Source: Octopus vulgaris (lineage: Eukaryota). Taken from it: a stretch of DNA of 64,000 bases. The stretch spans positions 18,228,001 through 18,292,000 of the forward strand of contig OX597835.1 in NCBI GenBank assembly GCA_951406725.2, read 5' to 3'. Position numbers and translations under genes: made by a program. The notes under the pieces were generated by a model. The model ran no database searches. It had not been told where the DNA came from and worked only from the letters and a program-made list of their open reading frames with translations. Positions 39,259 to 54,381 of this stretch are shown here, piece after piece (within the stretch, counting starts at the first letter, position 1; each line of letters opens with the position of its first letter).

Positions 39259-39299
39259 GAGAGAGAAAATAGATATGCATATAAAATTAGTGTTCTTTC

Positions 39300-40530
39300 T
39301 TACGAAGTATATAGAACTGCTTATGAAGTGCGCGGTTCGAACCTGAGACAAAAGATAAGAATTAAGATACAAACGCAAATTAGGCAATCAACTTTTGATA
39401 CATACTCATACATTTATAAATGCGACCTAAAATGCGTGAGACACAAACCGGCAAGTGGGCATGATTCAGCCCTCTATAGCTACAGATTTTTTAAGAAAAT
39501 TGTTCTGCTATCATTCCCGTTATTGTCATTTTGCTTCTTAAAAAAATTTTTGGGGCTGGTTTGTCAGGATATGTAACTACTAAAGATTGAAGGGGATTAA
39601 CATTATTAATTTTAGATTTACTTAGATTTATTATACTAGATTTGTTATTATTATCAGGGCCTACATCACGAACGTTATTAGTGTTAGCGTTCTTATTCGA
39701 ATGCCGTTTTATTTTATTTCTATTCATGGAAGCTATAATGGATCCTAGATTAGACATTGGGGAGATGGAGATTTTATCAGAGATTTATTACAAATTGAGT
39801 AATACTTGTGATGCTTTGGAAAATTGCTCTTCAAGCTCTTGAAAAACAACTTAGGCAAAATCTTAAATCTTAAAATAAAAGAGGAAAAAAGTGGGAGGCA
39901 AAGCAGATTTTTTCGCGTTTTCTAGAATTGTATTGTTTAGTCATGTTAGACTTTTCCGAATTAGGATGTTTATACTTATATTTGCTATATTTATTACTAG
40001 ATTGTATTCCACTAGGTATGATATGATTGCTACGTGGCTTATTTTCATCTATGTTTATCAATACAGGGTTTGCGCTAATAGTTTTAGCGATTATTTGCTA
40101 ATTTTATTTTAAGTTTAGTGCTAAGTATGTAAGAATTTGATCACCAAAACCACTTAGGTTCAAGGCGTTATTGTAAACCGGGTTATATTGATTAAAGATC
40201 TTCTCGTTGTCAGATAAATTTGAGGTTCTAATGGAAATGGCTATGACGATGCTAATGATAGTTAATCTAACATAATTCGAGGAAACGTCAATATATTTCA
40301 GGGATTCACTAGGTTTTTGAAATGGGTAGTTTAATTCAATATTAAGGTCTAATGATACGTCCAGAAAGTTGACTGCCTCAGAATTAATATCAAATATAAC
40401 ATTAAGGTTGAAAAAATCCTAACAATAAAGTGCTTGCATTTTTGCATCTTTTTTACCACCTATTTTGATAGGCCATGGGTAACAAGGAGCGCACTGTCCC
40501 TGGAAAGAACTCCGGATTCATTTAGGAATA
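39300..40530 (-). mobile_element. Degraded Penelope-like RT (C-terminal motifs and thumb)
   Basis: Manual translation EAVNFLDVSLDLNIELNYPFQKPSESLKYIDVSSN; later KYYSI.NK..KIS..PMSNLGSIIASMN. Confidence 0.75.
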
Positions 40531-40665
40531 AGATATTTCCATTATCACCATCACCCTGATAGGTGGAAGCAGCGCCACAATTTTCATCATCTCCCTAGTT
40601 ACCATTATCATTATTAGTATCATCATAGACATCATCCGTCCCGTCCAGCACATCCACATCCCCTT

Positions 40666-40704
<39 letters not shown>

Positions 40705-41202
40705 GTCGTCGTCGTCGTCATCATCATCATCCACCTCCTCAACGTTATCATTATCAGCATATATGCTTTCAAGTTTCGTAGCCATTCTGTTCACCTTCTA
40801 TTTCTCTTGCTATAAAATTTACCTCCCCTTTCTGCCGCACCTCATCACCACCATCGCCATCATCATCATCATCATCATAATCATCATCATCATCGGTATC
40901 CTCCACCACCTGTTCCTCCTCTCCCTCCTCCTCCTCCACCTCCACCTCCGCATCCACCTCTTCTTCCACCTCCTCCCTTTCCCCTTCACTTCCTCATAAT
41001 CACCATCGTCATTTCTCATCACCAATATCCTCCTTATCGCAAGTACCTCTGATGTGGTTCGAACCCTTGACATTCCAAAATCTTTGATAACATAACATAC
41101 GACCAATTCATTAATCTAAAAAAAAAGTCTACAGAGAAGACATTTTATTTTTTTTCTCCGTCAACATATATTTATTTATTTATTTATTTAACTCTACCAT
41201 TC

Positions 41203-41205
41203 TTA

Positions 41206-41280
<75 letters not shown>

Positions 41281-41288
41281 CATTATTA

Positions 41289-41319
<31 letters not shown>

Positions 41320-41324
41320 TATTA

Positions 41325-41372
<48 letters not shown>

Positions 41373-41463
41373 GTATCATTATTATTATCATTATTATTAA
41401 TATCATCATTATTATTATCATTATTATTATTATTATCATCATTATTATTATCATTATTATTAA

Positions 41464-41520
<57 letters not shown>

Positions 41521-41530
41521 CATTATTATT
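41203..41530. repeat. (TTA)n/(CAT)n microsatellite
   Basis: Direct reading. Confidence 0.97.
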
Positions 41531-41826
41531 GTTATCGTTGTCGTTGTTGCATATTTATTTATATATGTGTGCTTCTGTTTTTTTTTCCAAAATATATTGC
41601 AGGTAAATTTGTCAAGTTGATAAGACACATAATACAGAGAATATAAATATCAGAATTATGCAACGCTAGCGCCATCCATGAAACACAACATGCGAGGAGA
41701 GGCTTGTGGTGGGCTGGGTGGATGTCTTTGATTTTTTTTTTATTCACTGCAGTCGGTTTTATTGCTACCGGTCCTTTACACTCACATACACACACAACAC
41801 ACAAACACACACACACGGTCTCACAG

Positions 41827-41871
<45 letters not shown>

Positions 41872-41895
41872 TATAAATATATAAATATATATATG

Positions 41896-41932
<37 letters not shown>

Positions 41933-42090
41933 AAATATATGCATACATACATATATATGCATACACACAATCACACACGCAGATACACAAACACACGCAT
42001 ATATATAAGTGTATACATTTTTCTTGGGTGTTCGTATCTCTATGAATATTGACGTGTATATATATGTGCGAATGGATATACGTATTATAC

Positions 42091-42123
<33 letters not shown>

Positions 42124-43031
42124 CATATGTGAATGTATTTGTGTGTGTGTGCGTCCATGTACATACATAAATACAATGGAAACACATATATGTATACATA
42201 TATGTATGTCTTGTCCATTGTAGTTGGGATAATTTTTGGCAGTTATTTTGGATTTCGTTTTTTTTTTTGGTTAAAATTCTTTCCGTTATGCAGTTTTCAT
42301 TTATTTGTTGACCATTTATTTACCAATACGACGTCCGTTATGAAAGAATTTTGTTTAAACGTTAGAAAAATGGTAAACAACTTCATGTCTATTTGTTTAT
42401 TTCTATGCATATTTTGGAGTTAATCTTTGCAATTCTTTCACTTGTCGTCAGAAACTGGAAGGGAAGCACCAAATACAAAAGAAAACATGTACACGCAAAA
42501 AAAAAAATTGTATGACAAACAATCTAAAAATACTTGGCAACAATAACAACAACAGAAAAAAAAATCAACAACACGTTACGACGATGCAAATACAGAAAGC
42601 TGAATTCAATATAAATTATGCAAGACTGACTAAAATATATAAGCAAGACCGGTGAAATTTGATTCATCCATCATGCAAGTATTGCCTAAGTTATATTTGA
42701 AAACAATACACATACACACATACATACACAGACACGCACGTCTGCACGAGAAGCACACTTACACTCATATCCCCACACGCACAAACAGATTCATATACAG
42801 ACATGTATTTGTGTGTGTGTGTATGTGTGTGTGTGTGTGTATGTTTGTGTGTGTATATTCAGCACCATCGGCGTGTGATTGTGTGTTAATAAGTAAACAT
42901 TAAGAATATAGAATAAAATTAGATGCGAAATATAAATGTCAAATTTTTCAAAAATTTTCATGCTCTCTCTCTCTCTCTCTGTATATATATATATAAACAC
43001 GTACACCTATACACAGACACAGTCAAACATA

Positions 43032-43071
<40 letters not shown>

Positions 43072-43124
43072 TCTACATATATACATACATATATATATAT
43101 ATATATATACATGTACATGCATAC

Positions 43125-43181
<57 letters not shown>

Positions 43182-43244
43182 TATATGTATGTATATATAT
43201 ATACATATATACATATATGCATATATACATACGTACATACATAC

Positions 43245-43289
<45 letters not shown>

Positions 43290-43655
43290 TATATATATAT
43301 GTATATATAACGAATATTGTTTACATTCAATGATGTTGCAAATTGTTAGTTATAAATAAATGATGTAAAACAAAATGGTAACAAATGCTCTCATGCAAAT
43401 GAATTACAAAAACAACGATGCAGAGATAGAAAAAAAAATCGTTTTCAATGAATGAAATATCTTTGCAATTCCTTTTTTTATTTTTATTTTCGCAAGAAAC
43501 AATGAATATATTATGTAGTTGTGAAAAATCAACTACGTTGTTCCGACATGAAAACCGGAATCAACAGCAAGAACATCAATAATGAAACAAAGTTAATCTG
43601 AAAAACTAGTATTATGAAAAATTATAAAACGAATTATATTTAAATATAAAAATGC

Positions 43656-43712
<57 letters not shown>

Positions 43713-44968
43713 TTATTTTAAGATATCGTCTTAAGACGTAAAGTAACCATGTAAATATTATGTAATTTCATGACGTAAATGGGCAAGTATATATTCATAA
43801 TTGAAATATGTAAGCGCAAACTAATTGAAATACATATTTAGCCTTTGATGTAAAATGCTGTTTGAATATTTTTTTTTTTTTGCTAAGGAAAATAAATATT
43901 TCTTTTGCACTTAAGTAGACATGAGTATTTTGGTTAAATTTTATCGTGAGCATGTGGGATACGGCAGAATTAAATTGATAGTAATTTCAATAATATTTGT
44001 GAAGGAAACCTATATCAGATTGTTTCTGAGACGAAAGGTTTATGCCATGAGTGGTTTGTGGTCATATTCATTCAGTTTTGGTAATTTTAAGTCGACGCCA
44101 TGCTGCTACGTTCGAATTCCCCTGTGATCGACTTTGACTTTCATCCTGTCGGAGTCGATAAATTAAGTACCACTCGTGTGCTGCGGACGATCTAATCGAC
44201 TAGCCACCTCACCACAAGTTTCAAGCCTTGTACTAGAAAGAAATTTTAAGTCGATGCCTGTTGGGAAATAACAGAAAAATAAATAAAAATAAGCCAGGGT
44301 AGCGAAATTTCTATTGGCAGATGTTTCGAAAACGATACAGTCTGGGTGTTGGAGAGGAAGGATTATACAGACTGAGTGAAAACAAGCGGAGAGCTTTGCG
44401 AGATTGTTTGAGCAGCATTTTCAGCCTTGATCCATAACTGTTTATCTATGAAAAGAGTAATTACATAGGTACTGTTGTTTAGCGCTCTTTGAAAAATACT
44501 GGTATATGTTGTCGTTTCACGTTCTTTATCTTTCCAAATGTGTGATAATCCCGGCAGGAAATACATCGGGGTGAATCAATTTTAAGAGCAAGTGATTCAT
44601 AAAAGATATTGGGAATTTTTCAGGTCTGGATATATGTTGGGAAATTTCTCTGAGAATGGTGTGACGACTATGGCAGTGTGATATCCAAGGTTTTTATACA
44701 GAGATAGAAGTGTTGGATGGACAATAATGACCATCATAATCACTGCGACTACAACCAACAAGAAAAAAATACACACCTACCATCATCACCATCACCACCA
44801 CCATCACTGCCGCTGCCCCCAACCTCCATGATTATGATGCTTATTATCATGTTCGTTGCCATTATCATTTCTTCGCTAACACAAGCACCACCACCACCAA
44901 CACAATCATTATCATCATCACGATTCTCATGATAAACATGTTACTGATCATCAGCATTATAGGCGTTG

Positions 44969-45007
<39 letters not shown>

Positions 45008-46532
45008 AGATTAGCGAACATTTTCCAAATTCATGATAGCAAAACGTATCATAGTCGCAACGAAATCCCAATTGACAAATTTACTTCCTCCATAGAAGGG
45101 CAGAGAAACAAAGGTCCCGAGACAGCTGCAGATCCCATTTCTCACAAGATTCTTCACCGTGGAAGTGACAATGTTCTTTAATCTATAGTAATGTTCACGG
45201 TCGTGAATTAGGCACATCACATTGATTATGACGATTAGGGTTCCAGTTGAATAGCCTATTCGTGAGATTCATCTTTAATTCTTTGAGTACTCCAGAGACA
45301 CGCATAATCTCAACGCAGTTCTCATAGCGATTCAATGTGACGCTGATCATAATAAGGCTAGTCCATTCAATTACGCCTCCAGCGAAGTGTTGTAGCTACA
45401 TCTTCCAGGAAATCTATCCACCAGATTTGAGTAAACTTATATCATATTGAACAAGGCAACTGAGAAACCGCAAACCTCCACCAACATTCTCTCAATGATT
45501 AATCGGAGATGATTTTTAAAATGAGAAGTTCTGAAATAAGCTCAATTGCTCTCAAAAAAACAAGAATACTAATTATTAACCCGGCCGCTCTCAAAAATTA
45601 AATAACAAAAACAACCGTAAAAATAATTCAAAATTCTTGTTCTGTACCAGATCGATCTTATTAGTTCGTGCCAGCCACGAGGCCAAACATCTCTGAAAGT
45701 TTCATCCGAATCCATCCAGCGGTTTACATATCTTTTACGAATTCCATTGCTGCTTTGTGCACCGTGGATCTTGCTGCTACATGATGAGAATTGTCACATG
45801 ACTAAACTTCATAAGCATGAAGAGGACATATATGATATTCATGTAGTGTTATTTTAAATGGAAATACCGTGAGATAAGAATATTTGTAAGATTGTTTCAA
45901 TTAATATATGGTTAAGGTTGAATTAATAGATTTTCAATTAGATAACATTGGATAGGAATATTTTGAAGAAGAGAGGCACCGGCTCATGAATACAAGTACC
46001 CGTTTCCATTCTACTAATGGTTATTCGAATGAACCCGTTCACTTGGGTTAATACAAGGACTATCAATATTGATTGTCATCAATGATATTGCCAAAACATA
46101 GAATCTCGGAACAGGCGACGGATGTCCCAAGCCCCAACAAGATGCGCCTTTCCACTGCCCTGGAGCGGTAAGTTTTGTGTCTCTTCAAAGAACACGAATC
46201 GTAAAGCTGTCAGACTTAAAGCAAAAGAATTTGGACGAATAGCTTGAGACATTCGGCTCATCTCTCTAATGTTTGCGAATTCGCCGTCTGTGAATGTTAT
46301 GAAAATTTGGACAAAAATGTCCAAGATACAGGTCGCATGTATGTATCTGAAGGCATTGTGATATTACCATTCCTATAAGATGAAATAGAACCAAAATTTG
46401 TGCAAAAAAAAAATTCTACCAGCAACAATTGGTTTCAATACAACACCTAACATACGAGAGATACAAACATTGAAAATCAGAAACTGTTTCGTTATATAGT
46501 AATTGAACGTGCTCACAAACTCACTTTCACAC

Positions 46533-46566
<34 letters not shown>

Positions 46567-46916
46567 TCAAAGCTTTCCTGCTTCCACAGACAAAAATACA
46601 CCCATATTGAGAGGCATAGACACATACAAACTCACACACGTACATTCGTATATGGATGATCGCACATATACACGCACATATACAAGAGCTACCGACAAAT
46701 ATAGGCGTATATATGCAACCTATAATGTGTCTTTTTAATTGATGAAGTTAATTACCTGCACGATCTGGTGACGATGAGAATGATGAAGTTAATGATTGTA
46801 ATGTCTGTAATTATGATGAGGTTGATGGGATAGCAATGGTGATGATTATGAAGCGGTGGGGGGGGGAGCATAATGATAATGCTGATGACGTTGATATAAA
46901 TGAAGATTTTCATGAC

Positions 46917-46953
<37 letters not shown>

Positions 46954-47115
46954 TTACGAACACGAACATCTAAAACAGTAACATCAGATTCATCAATAGC
47001 AACAATAATAACAGTAGTATGTATACTACTACTACTACTACTACTACTATTACTGGTGCTGCTGCTGCTCCTCCTCATCCTACTACTACTACTAATAATA
47101 ATAATAAGAAGAATA

Positions 47116-47283
47116 GGCGTAGGAGTGGCTCCTGTGGTAAGTACCTTTCTTACCAACCACATGGTTCCGGGTTCAGTCCCACTGCGGGATACCTTAGGTA
47201 AGTGTCTTCTACTATAGCCTCGGGTCGACCAAAGCCTTGTGACTCGAATTGGTAGACGAAAACTGGAAGAAGTCCGTCGTATA

Positions 47284-47330
<47 letters not shown>

Positions 47331-47559
47331 ATGTATGTGTGTATATGTTTGTGTGTCTTTGTTTGTCCCCACCCCAAATCGCTTGAATACCGATGCTGGT
47401 GTGTTTACATCCCCGTGACTTAGCGGTTCGGTAAAAGATACCGATAGAATAAGTACTAGGCTTACAAAGAATAAGTGTTGGGGTCGATTTGCTCGACTAA
47501 AGGCGGTGCTCCAACATGGCCGCAGTCAAATGAGTGAAACAAGCAAAAGAGTAAAAGAG
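47116..47559 (+). mobile_element. SINE family B, full length
   Basis: ggcgtaggagtggctcctgtggtaag...aaaagagtaaaagag. Confidence 0.92.
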
Positions 47560-47583
47560 CATGATAATAATGATGATGATGAC

Positions 47584-47616
<33 letters not shown>

Positions 47617-47626
47617 AATGATGATG

Positions 47627-47682
<56 letters not shown>

Positions 47683-47684
<2 letters not shown>

Positions 47685-47752
47685 TTCTTTGCCCTAGTAT
47701 TCGGGAAGACACTCGGCAAGAAATGGAAGCAAATTTGAATGAAGAAAAACCC

Positions 47753-47802
<50 letters not shown>

Positions 47803-47870
47803 TCTTTGCCCTAGTAGTCGGGAAGACACTCGGCAAGAAATGGAAGCAAATTTGAAAGAAGAAAAACCCC
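47683..47870 (+). repeat. Two ~70-bp copies of a unique unit, each embedded in (AAT)n
   Basis: aattctttgccctagta.tcgggaagacactcggcaagaaatggaagcaaatttgaa.gaagaaaaaccc occurs twice. Confidence 0.85.
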
Positions 47871-47886
47871 TAATAATAATAATGAT

Positions 47887-48408
47887 GGCTTCTGATCTTA
47901 ACTGATTGGAAGTGTTATCATGTACATTGTTTTGTCTTGGTATAAAAGATGGGCTACAGCAAATATTCTGCTCAATACCACAGATTTGCTTGTCAGTTGT
48001 TTGACCTTAACCAGTTGAGCATGTCCCTTAGTGGCTGACGATATGTGCATCTCTGATCACGAGCAGAAGTAGTGGGGGAGCATCATAGCCATGTGTTGAG
48101 AAGGATTCTTTGGGGTTTGAATAATTCACCTCTGGAAACATGGGTGTTTCGTTCAACGTCCTTAAACAACCCTTATTCAGGGACCTTTTGAGCGGGATGG
48201 GTTACTCGATCTGAAGAAAATTCTAACTGGGCTCCACCTGCAAGGTCATGTGCTGTTTATCTTGATATGAGATCACCATGTCGCGCACATATGGTTGTGA
48301 TGCATGTGCCTGGTGTACCCTTATCAGACGGGTAGTCATGATGGGTATACTGGGCTTCGTATATTTTACCCCAGTGTCACTTTGATGGCATGCTCTGCTC
48401 GCTCACTC

Positions 48409-48410
<2 letters not shown>
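47887..48410 (+). mobile_element. Repeat family D between (AAT)n tracts
   Basis: Homologous to 37215-37600(-); ends ctcactc-aataataat. Confidence 0.75.
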
Positions 48411-48448
<38 letters not shown>

Positions 48449-48754
48449 TCAACAACAGTAACAGGAATGACAACAATAATGATTACAAATATTAGTGGTT
48501 GCTCTTGTTCTTCTTCTTCATCTTTTTCTTCTTCATGTTATTATGCTGTTGATATTTTCATAAAGAATGGTAATGGTCTTGGTAGTCTTTGTAATAATGG
48601 TGAAGATGGTCATACTGGCAATGATTGTGATGGTGGTGATTTTTGTGATATTACTATCGATCCGAATGATAGTTGCGATGATGATAAAAAAACTCCCCAA
48701 AAAACTAATATAGTTTCCATTATGGTGATGACACGATGACAACGATGCTGTTAT

Positions 48755-48785
<31 letters not shown>

Positions 48786-49198
48786 TGCCGTTCCTGCTCG
48801 TTTGCAGACCGAATATGGCGATGCTGATAATTTTGATGGACGATGATGTTGGCGACCAGAACGAAGATTATGATGATGATGATGATGATGATGATGTTCA
48901 TGATGACGATTTGAAGCGCAGTACAGAAATTACAGTTAATTAAACTTTCATTTTTAACTATCAAATTACACTATTTTTTCGTTTGTTTTTTTTTCCATTC
49001 CCTTTCTTCTATTTGTGTGAGCATTTTATTTAGTTTCGAACTTTAAAAAAAAAAATTATCAATTTTTGTTGAATTTCAATATTCAAATATTATAGAAAAA
49101 AAATATACCTTTCAATAACTCACCCTTTAATTATTTTTATTATTAGTATTTACATTATTATTATTATTATTATTATCATCATATTATTATTATTATTA

Positions 49199-49244
<46 letters not shown>

Positions 49245-51753
49245 CATTATTATCATTGCTGTTGTTGTCGTCGTTGTTGTTGTTGTTGTTGTTATCGCTA
49301 ATTTCGCCGTTGTTTTTAATTTACACTAAAATTATTTTATTATTATTGTTATTATTATTTATGTTGCGTTCGTTGTTAATTTTCTTGTTTCTAATTACAA
49401 TCATTATTGCACACCATCCCTCTTCGTTTGGCAACGTAGTATGATCATAATCATATGACTGGAACAAGAGTTTCATATTGTCGTACAGTGTAATTACCAT
49501 ATCTCGGCTGACTGGTGTATCAAAATGGAACGTCACCGTTTAATTTCTGGGATAGAGTTAAAAATGTAACGTTGTGTAATGCCGCGGGTAGACCCTCGTT
49601 AGTTTAGGTACCGCTTTATTAAACTTCATCTCGACTAATTTTTAATGGCACTGTTTTTATCAAGTAATAGTACCAAAGCAGAAAAGGCTTTGTTTGTTTA
49701 AGGCTACGTATGGTGTCACATGCTGGAATGCGTTTTGTTATGTGAAGTTGGTGTTGATGAAATTAACATAGCTGTTGCTAATTTTTCCTACTTGAAACCA
49801 CCAGATGAATTCTGATGGAACTGACGCGCAAACATTAGCGTTCCACCCACGACCACCCAATTTGTGTCTGTCGAATTCGCTCTGCAATACTTTCGACATT
49901 TCCTCTTGAGTATATTCGTTTCTTAAAACTTCAGAATTTTGATCCGTGCAAAATATGTTAGTTTTTGTCATTAGGCCGAGATCATTCTAATACACCCCTT
50001 TAATTGTTTTTAGTCTATCTTGTTGGCCCAGTACTCAGGTCTTCCTAATTCAAATAATTATTTCAGTGACTACCTGTTATCGCACCAGTAAGTTACGAAA
50101 CAAGGATACAAACATCGTGGTCGAAATGTAGACATAGAACAAAAATAAACACATACGTATGAAAATATATAAATTTTCCTACACACAAACGAAATTACAA
50201 TGTGCACAATATACACACTCACATTCATATACGACAGATCTCTAAGCAGCTACTGTCTAACCATGTCTTCCAAAAGATGAATAGGTTGCCATGCAGTGGG
50301 ACCGAACCAAAGAAAAGATGGTTGCAAATTAAGCTTGAGATGGATAGACTGAAAGACAGTTACATACTGATATAGATATGTCTGAAATTCTGATCTGTTG
50401 TAAAAAGAAAGGTACACATATTTCTTTGTCAGATAACTTGTCATCAAATGTCACTGTGTGTGACAAACTGTTCGTTAAACGGACGTATGAAACTTTATGT
50501 AACAATAGTCTCAACTTCAGGTTATATAATATATATATTTTCTACTCCATGTATGACGTTTGTTATTCATGTAGTTTGAAAATTTCAAAGAAGAAAACGA
50601 TTTCTCTCCAAGACACATATGTCTGAAACACGGTGCAACGAACAGAATAAAAGATTACATGACTGAACTTGATTTCAAAGTATTCCTCGTTCGATTATTT
50701 GAAGAAAATAAATGCAAGTTTACTTCATACATAACACAGGTGGCCAACCCAATTAGCTGATAAGATCGACAAAAATATACTCTACCTTAAGATCATCATA
50801 CTTCATCAGGATATATTTGAACCAATTTAAAAGTGATTTGGCCATAGGCACAGGCGTGGCTGTGTGGTAAGAAGCTCGTTTTCTATCCACATGTTTCAAG
50901 GTTCAGTCGCTGGCACCTAAAAAATATATTTCAGTGTAACTCTTTACCATGTTTCGAAATCACCAAATTCGAATGACAGGAATTTCTAAGTTTGAAACGT
51001 CGATGATAGGAAGACTAACCGATATCGTAAAAATAACACAGTTTCCCCGAAGACCACCTTTGTCCAGATGAGGTTCGAAGTAAATAAGGACTATTTAGTG
51101 CAGGTATACCAAAGATTTCAGTCCCACAATGAAACAGTCATCGATGGAGAAATCGGATTCATGAAATATTTATACTTGGGTGCCTGGCGGGAAAACAAGA
51201 AGAACTTTTTATTTAAATAATATTGATTTTGACTGGATTAGAATTGGCCTATTAAACTTACAAATATATCCTAAATTCCTCTCTCAGAAACTATAATTAT
51301 ACAGTATAAAATCTTAAGCTTCGATTTTATGTTTCGGCTGCCGGATTATTTAATAAGATTTGGGAAATTTTATCGTCTAAGTAAAACAGAGTTGCATCAC
51401 AAAACTTGCTTTAAATGTAGTACTGATTAGCACCGATTATCTCCAGCTGTAGTGTTTTAAAATTTAAAACGGCAACCGCAGTTGCCGATATTCAGTGCTT
51501 CCTACAAATATTATCTTGAGAAAAATGAGGGTTTGTGTAGATTTTCAGCAATACTGGCTAAATATGAAATGATCGTTTGCCCGGGTTCCTATATATTAAC
51601 CATTTTATTTCTTTCCATATACATCACTAAATCAAATTATACATACACAAATTCACAAAGAGATGCAAAACACATAGGCAGGTGTATAGCACACAAATGC
51701 ATACACATTCAAATCTGTTATGGCAGCCCGATTTTATGTATGATTATATTTAA

Positions 51754-51819
<66 letters not shown>

Positions 51820-52201
51820 CTGCACATAATGTGCATATATTTCAATGTATAATCTACATGCGGTGGCTTCTGGTATGGATTTTCGAAGCCAAATGAAAAA
51901 AAATAACATCAAGAACATTCGTTAATCCATTAGAATATTCTATTAGAAAATTCTATTTCGATGAGAAAATTAATTGGATTTGCCATGTAAAATATATTCA
52001 CTTTGTAAAGATCACGTTAAATTGTATTTTTCTAGATACAATTTTATCTCTAAATGTCTCTGTGTGTGTGTATGGGAGTGTGTTTCTGTGAGTATGTGTA
52101 TGCACACATACATACACACATAGACACTTATGTGTGTGTGAATACATATCTGACAGCCAGCTTATATGTAAATATATATATATATATATATGAATAAATA
52201 C

Positions 52202-52233
<32 letters not shown>

Positions 52234-52243
52234 GAATAAATAC

Positions 52244-52304
<61 letters not shown>

Positions 52305-52949
52305 AGGGAATGATTTGAAAGAAAGGAAGACAGATTGATATATTCATAGATAGATAAGTAGTTTGATAAATGAAAAGATATCTAGATAGATATACATAGA
52401 AAAACATCTAACATCTATATTATCAATCAGTATCTATGTAAATACATTTATATCTTTACATAATGTGTGTATACACACACACACGCACACATATATATAT
52501 ATATAAATATACACACAGGGAGAGAGAAAGAGAGCCGTGAGATATCTGTGTATCTATCGAGCTGTTTATTTATCTATACCTCCATACATATATTAAAGTT
52601 ATGTACAACATTATGATTTTATAAGTATTTAATTCATGATTTCATTTGCATTATAATCCAAGTTTTTACGTGGCTTTTACGTGGTTTTTAAGTAGTATTT
52701 CAAATACTGATACTTTGCTAGATAAAATAATATCATAGCCTGTCGAGCCTCAACACTATAAGAATATAGAAATGACAATAACCGGGGACACATGGACCTG
52801 CCTACCGAAACGGTGTTAGGGGGATGTTGATCACCTTACTGAAACTCGACATAGGTTTCGTGTTCATAATTCACTTTTGATAGTGATAAATTCAGGAAAA
52901 GTAAATGTAAATCATAGGGTAATTTAGCAGTGATTATTGGTAAAAAAGT

Positions 52950-53030
52950 GGAGGCACATGGCCTAGTGGTTAGAGCAGCGGACTCGCGGTCGCGGGATCG
53001 CGGGTTCGAATATTAGACCGGGGGATGTGC
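52950..53030 (+). mobile_element. SINE family C head only (3'-truncated)
   Basis: ggaggcacatggcctagtggttagagcagcggactcgcggtcgcgggatcgcgggttcgaat. Confidence 0.85.
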
Positions 53031-53171
53031 ATACATACTTACATACGAATATTAGACCGGGGGATGTACATACATACATATATGCGTAGATACGTACATG
53101 CAAACATACGTACATACATATATACATACATATGTACATACATACTCTCTTACGAACGTACATACATACGT

Positions 53172-53471
53172 TCTTTTATTGTTTTATTTGTTTCAGTCAT
53201 TGGATTGCGGCCATGGTGGAGCACCGCCTTGTTGGGTTTTAGTCGAATCCACAGTATATTTTCTTTCAAGTCTAGTACATATATTATCAGTTCTTTTCAT
53301 GAACCGTTAAGTTATGGAGCCTAAGCACCACATCACAGGTTGTCAGGCGATGATGGGAGACAAAGTGAGACACAAAGACAAATAAACACACACACACATA
53401 CACATACACATACATACACACACACACAAATACACAAACACATACATACACACACACATACACACACAAAC

Positions 53472-53512
<41 letters not shown>

Positions 53513-53680
53513 TATATATATATATATATATATATACACGCCGGGATTCTTTCAGTTTCCGTGTACCAAATCCAATCACAGGGCTATAGTAGAAGACAAC
53601 TGGAGAAGGTGTCACGCAGTAGGGCTGAACGCAGAACTGTATGGTTGTGAATTAATCTTCTTACCACACAGCCACGCCTA
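53172..53680 (-). mobile_element. SINE family B with expanded internal (CA)n/(TA)n
   Basis: Reverse complement head ggcgtggctgtgtggtaag and tail aatgactgaaacaaataaaac. Confidence 0.85.
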
Positions 53681-53713
53681 TGTCTATACATGCATCTTTT
53701 TTTTTTTTTTTAG

Positions 53714-54035
53714 GAGCACTCCGTCGGTTACGACGACGAGGGTCCCAGCTGATACGATCAACAGAACAGCCTGCTCGTGAAATTAACGTGCAACTGGCTG
53801 AGCACTCCACAGACGCGTGTACACATAACGTAGTTCTCAGGGAGATTCAGCGAGACACACAGTGTGACAAGTCCGGCCCTTTGAAATACAGGTACAACTC
53901 ATTTTTGCCAGCTGAGTGGACTGGAGCAACATGAAATAAAGTGTCTTGCTCAAGGACACAACGCGTCGCTTGGAATTGAACTCACGACCTTACAATCGTG
54001 AGCCGAATGCCCTAACCACTAAGCCACGCGCCTTC
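53714..54035 (-). mobile_element. SINE family E: different tRNA head and central domain, same 3' module as family C
   Basis: Reverse complement gaaggcgcgtggcttagtggttaggg...gagttcaattcc...gtgtccttgagcaagacac...gagaactacgtta...gtcgtaaccgacggagtgc. Confidence 0.88.
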
Positions 54036-54381
54036 ACACATACATATTTACAAAATATTAATTAACAGGATATGGATTCGGCATTAAATATTTATTGGTT
54101 TTCGATTCATCAGTCTGTGTTTCATCAGGTACATCGATAAAGGTATGTGTCACTACAGGTTTTTAGCGTCGACTGACTTGTCATATGTCCATCAAGTTAG
54201 CGAATGAATAAAAGCAAATAATATTACATAAAGGCACAAACCATCATATATGGACGTGGAAATCTTGCGTTCCTCACCCTCATAACTGCCTGGAGGAAAA
54301 GTATATAGAAGGAGCAACGAAAAGTAATTCTTAGTCAAGTATATTCATACATGTACATACAGATATGCATACAGATGTATG

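Noticed and set aside
40522-41106. Acidic/His-rich low-complexity ORFs
   Set aside because: Degenerate (CAT)n/(CCT)n repeats with no splice or domain evidence.
47560-47885. CRISPR-like repeat-spacer array
   Set aside because: Eukaryotic context; the 'repeats' are variable-length (AAT)n and the 'spacers' are copies of each other; no cas genes.
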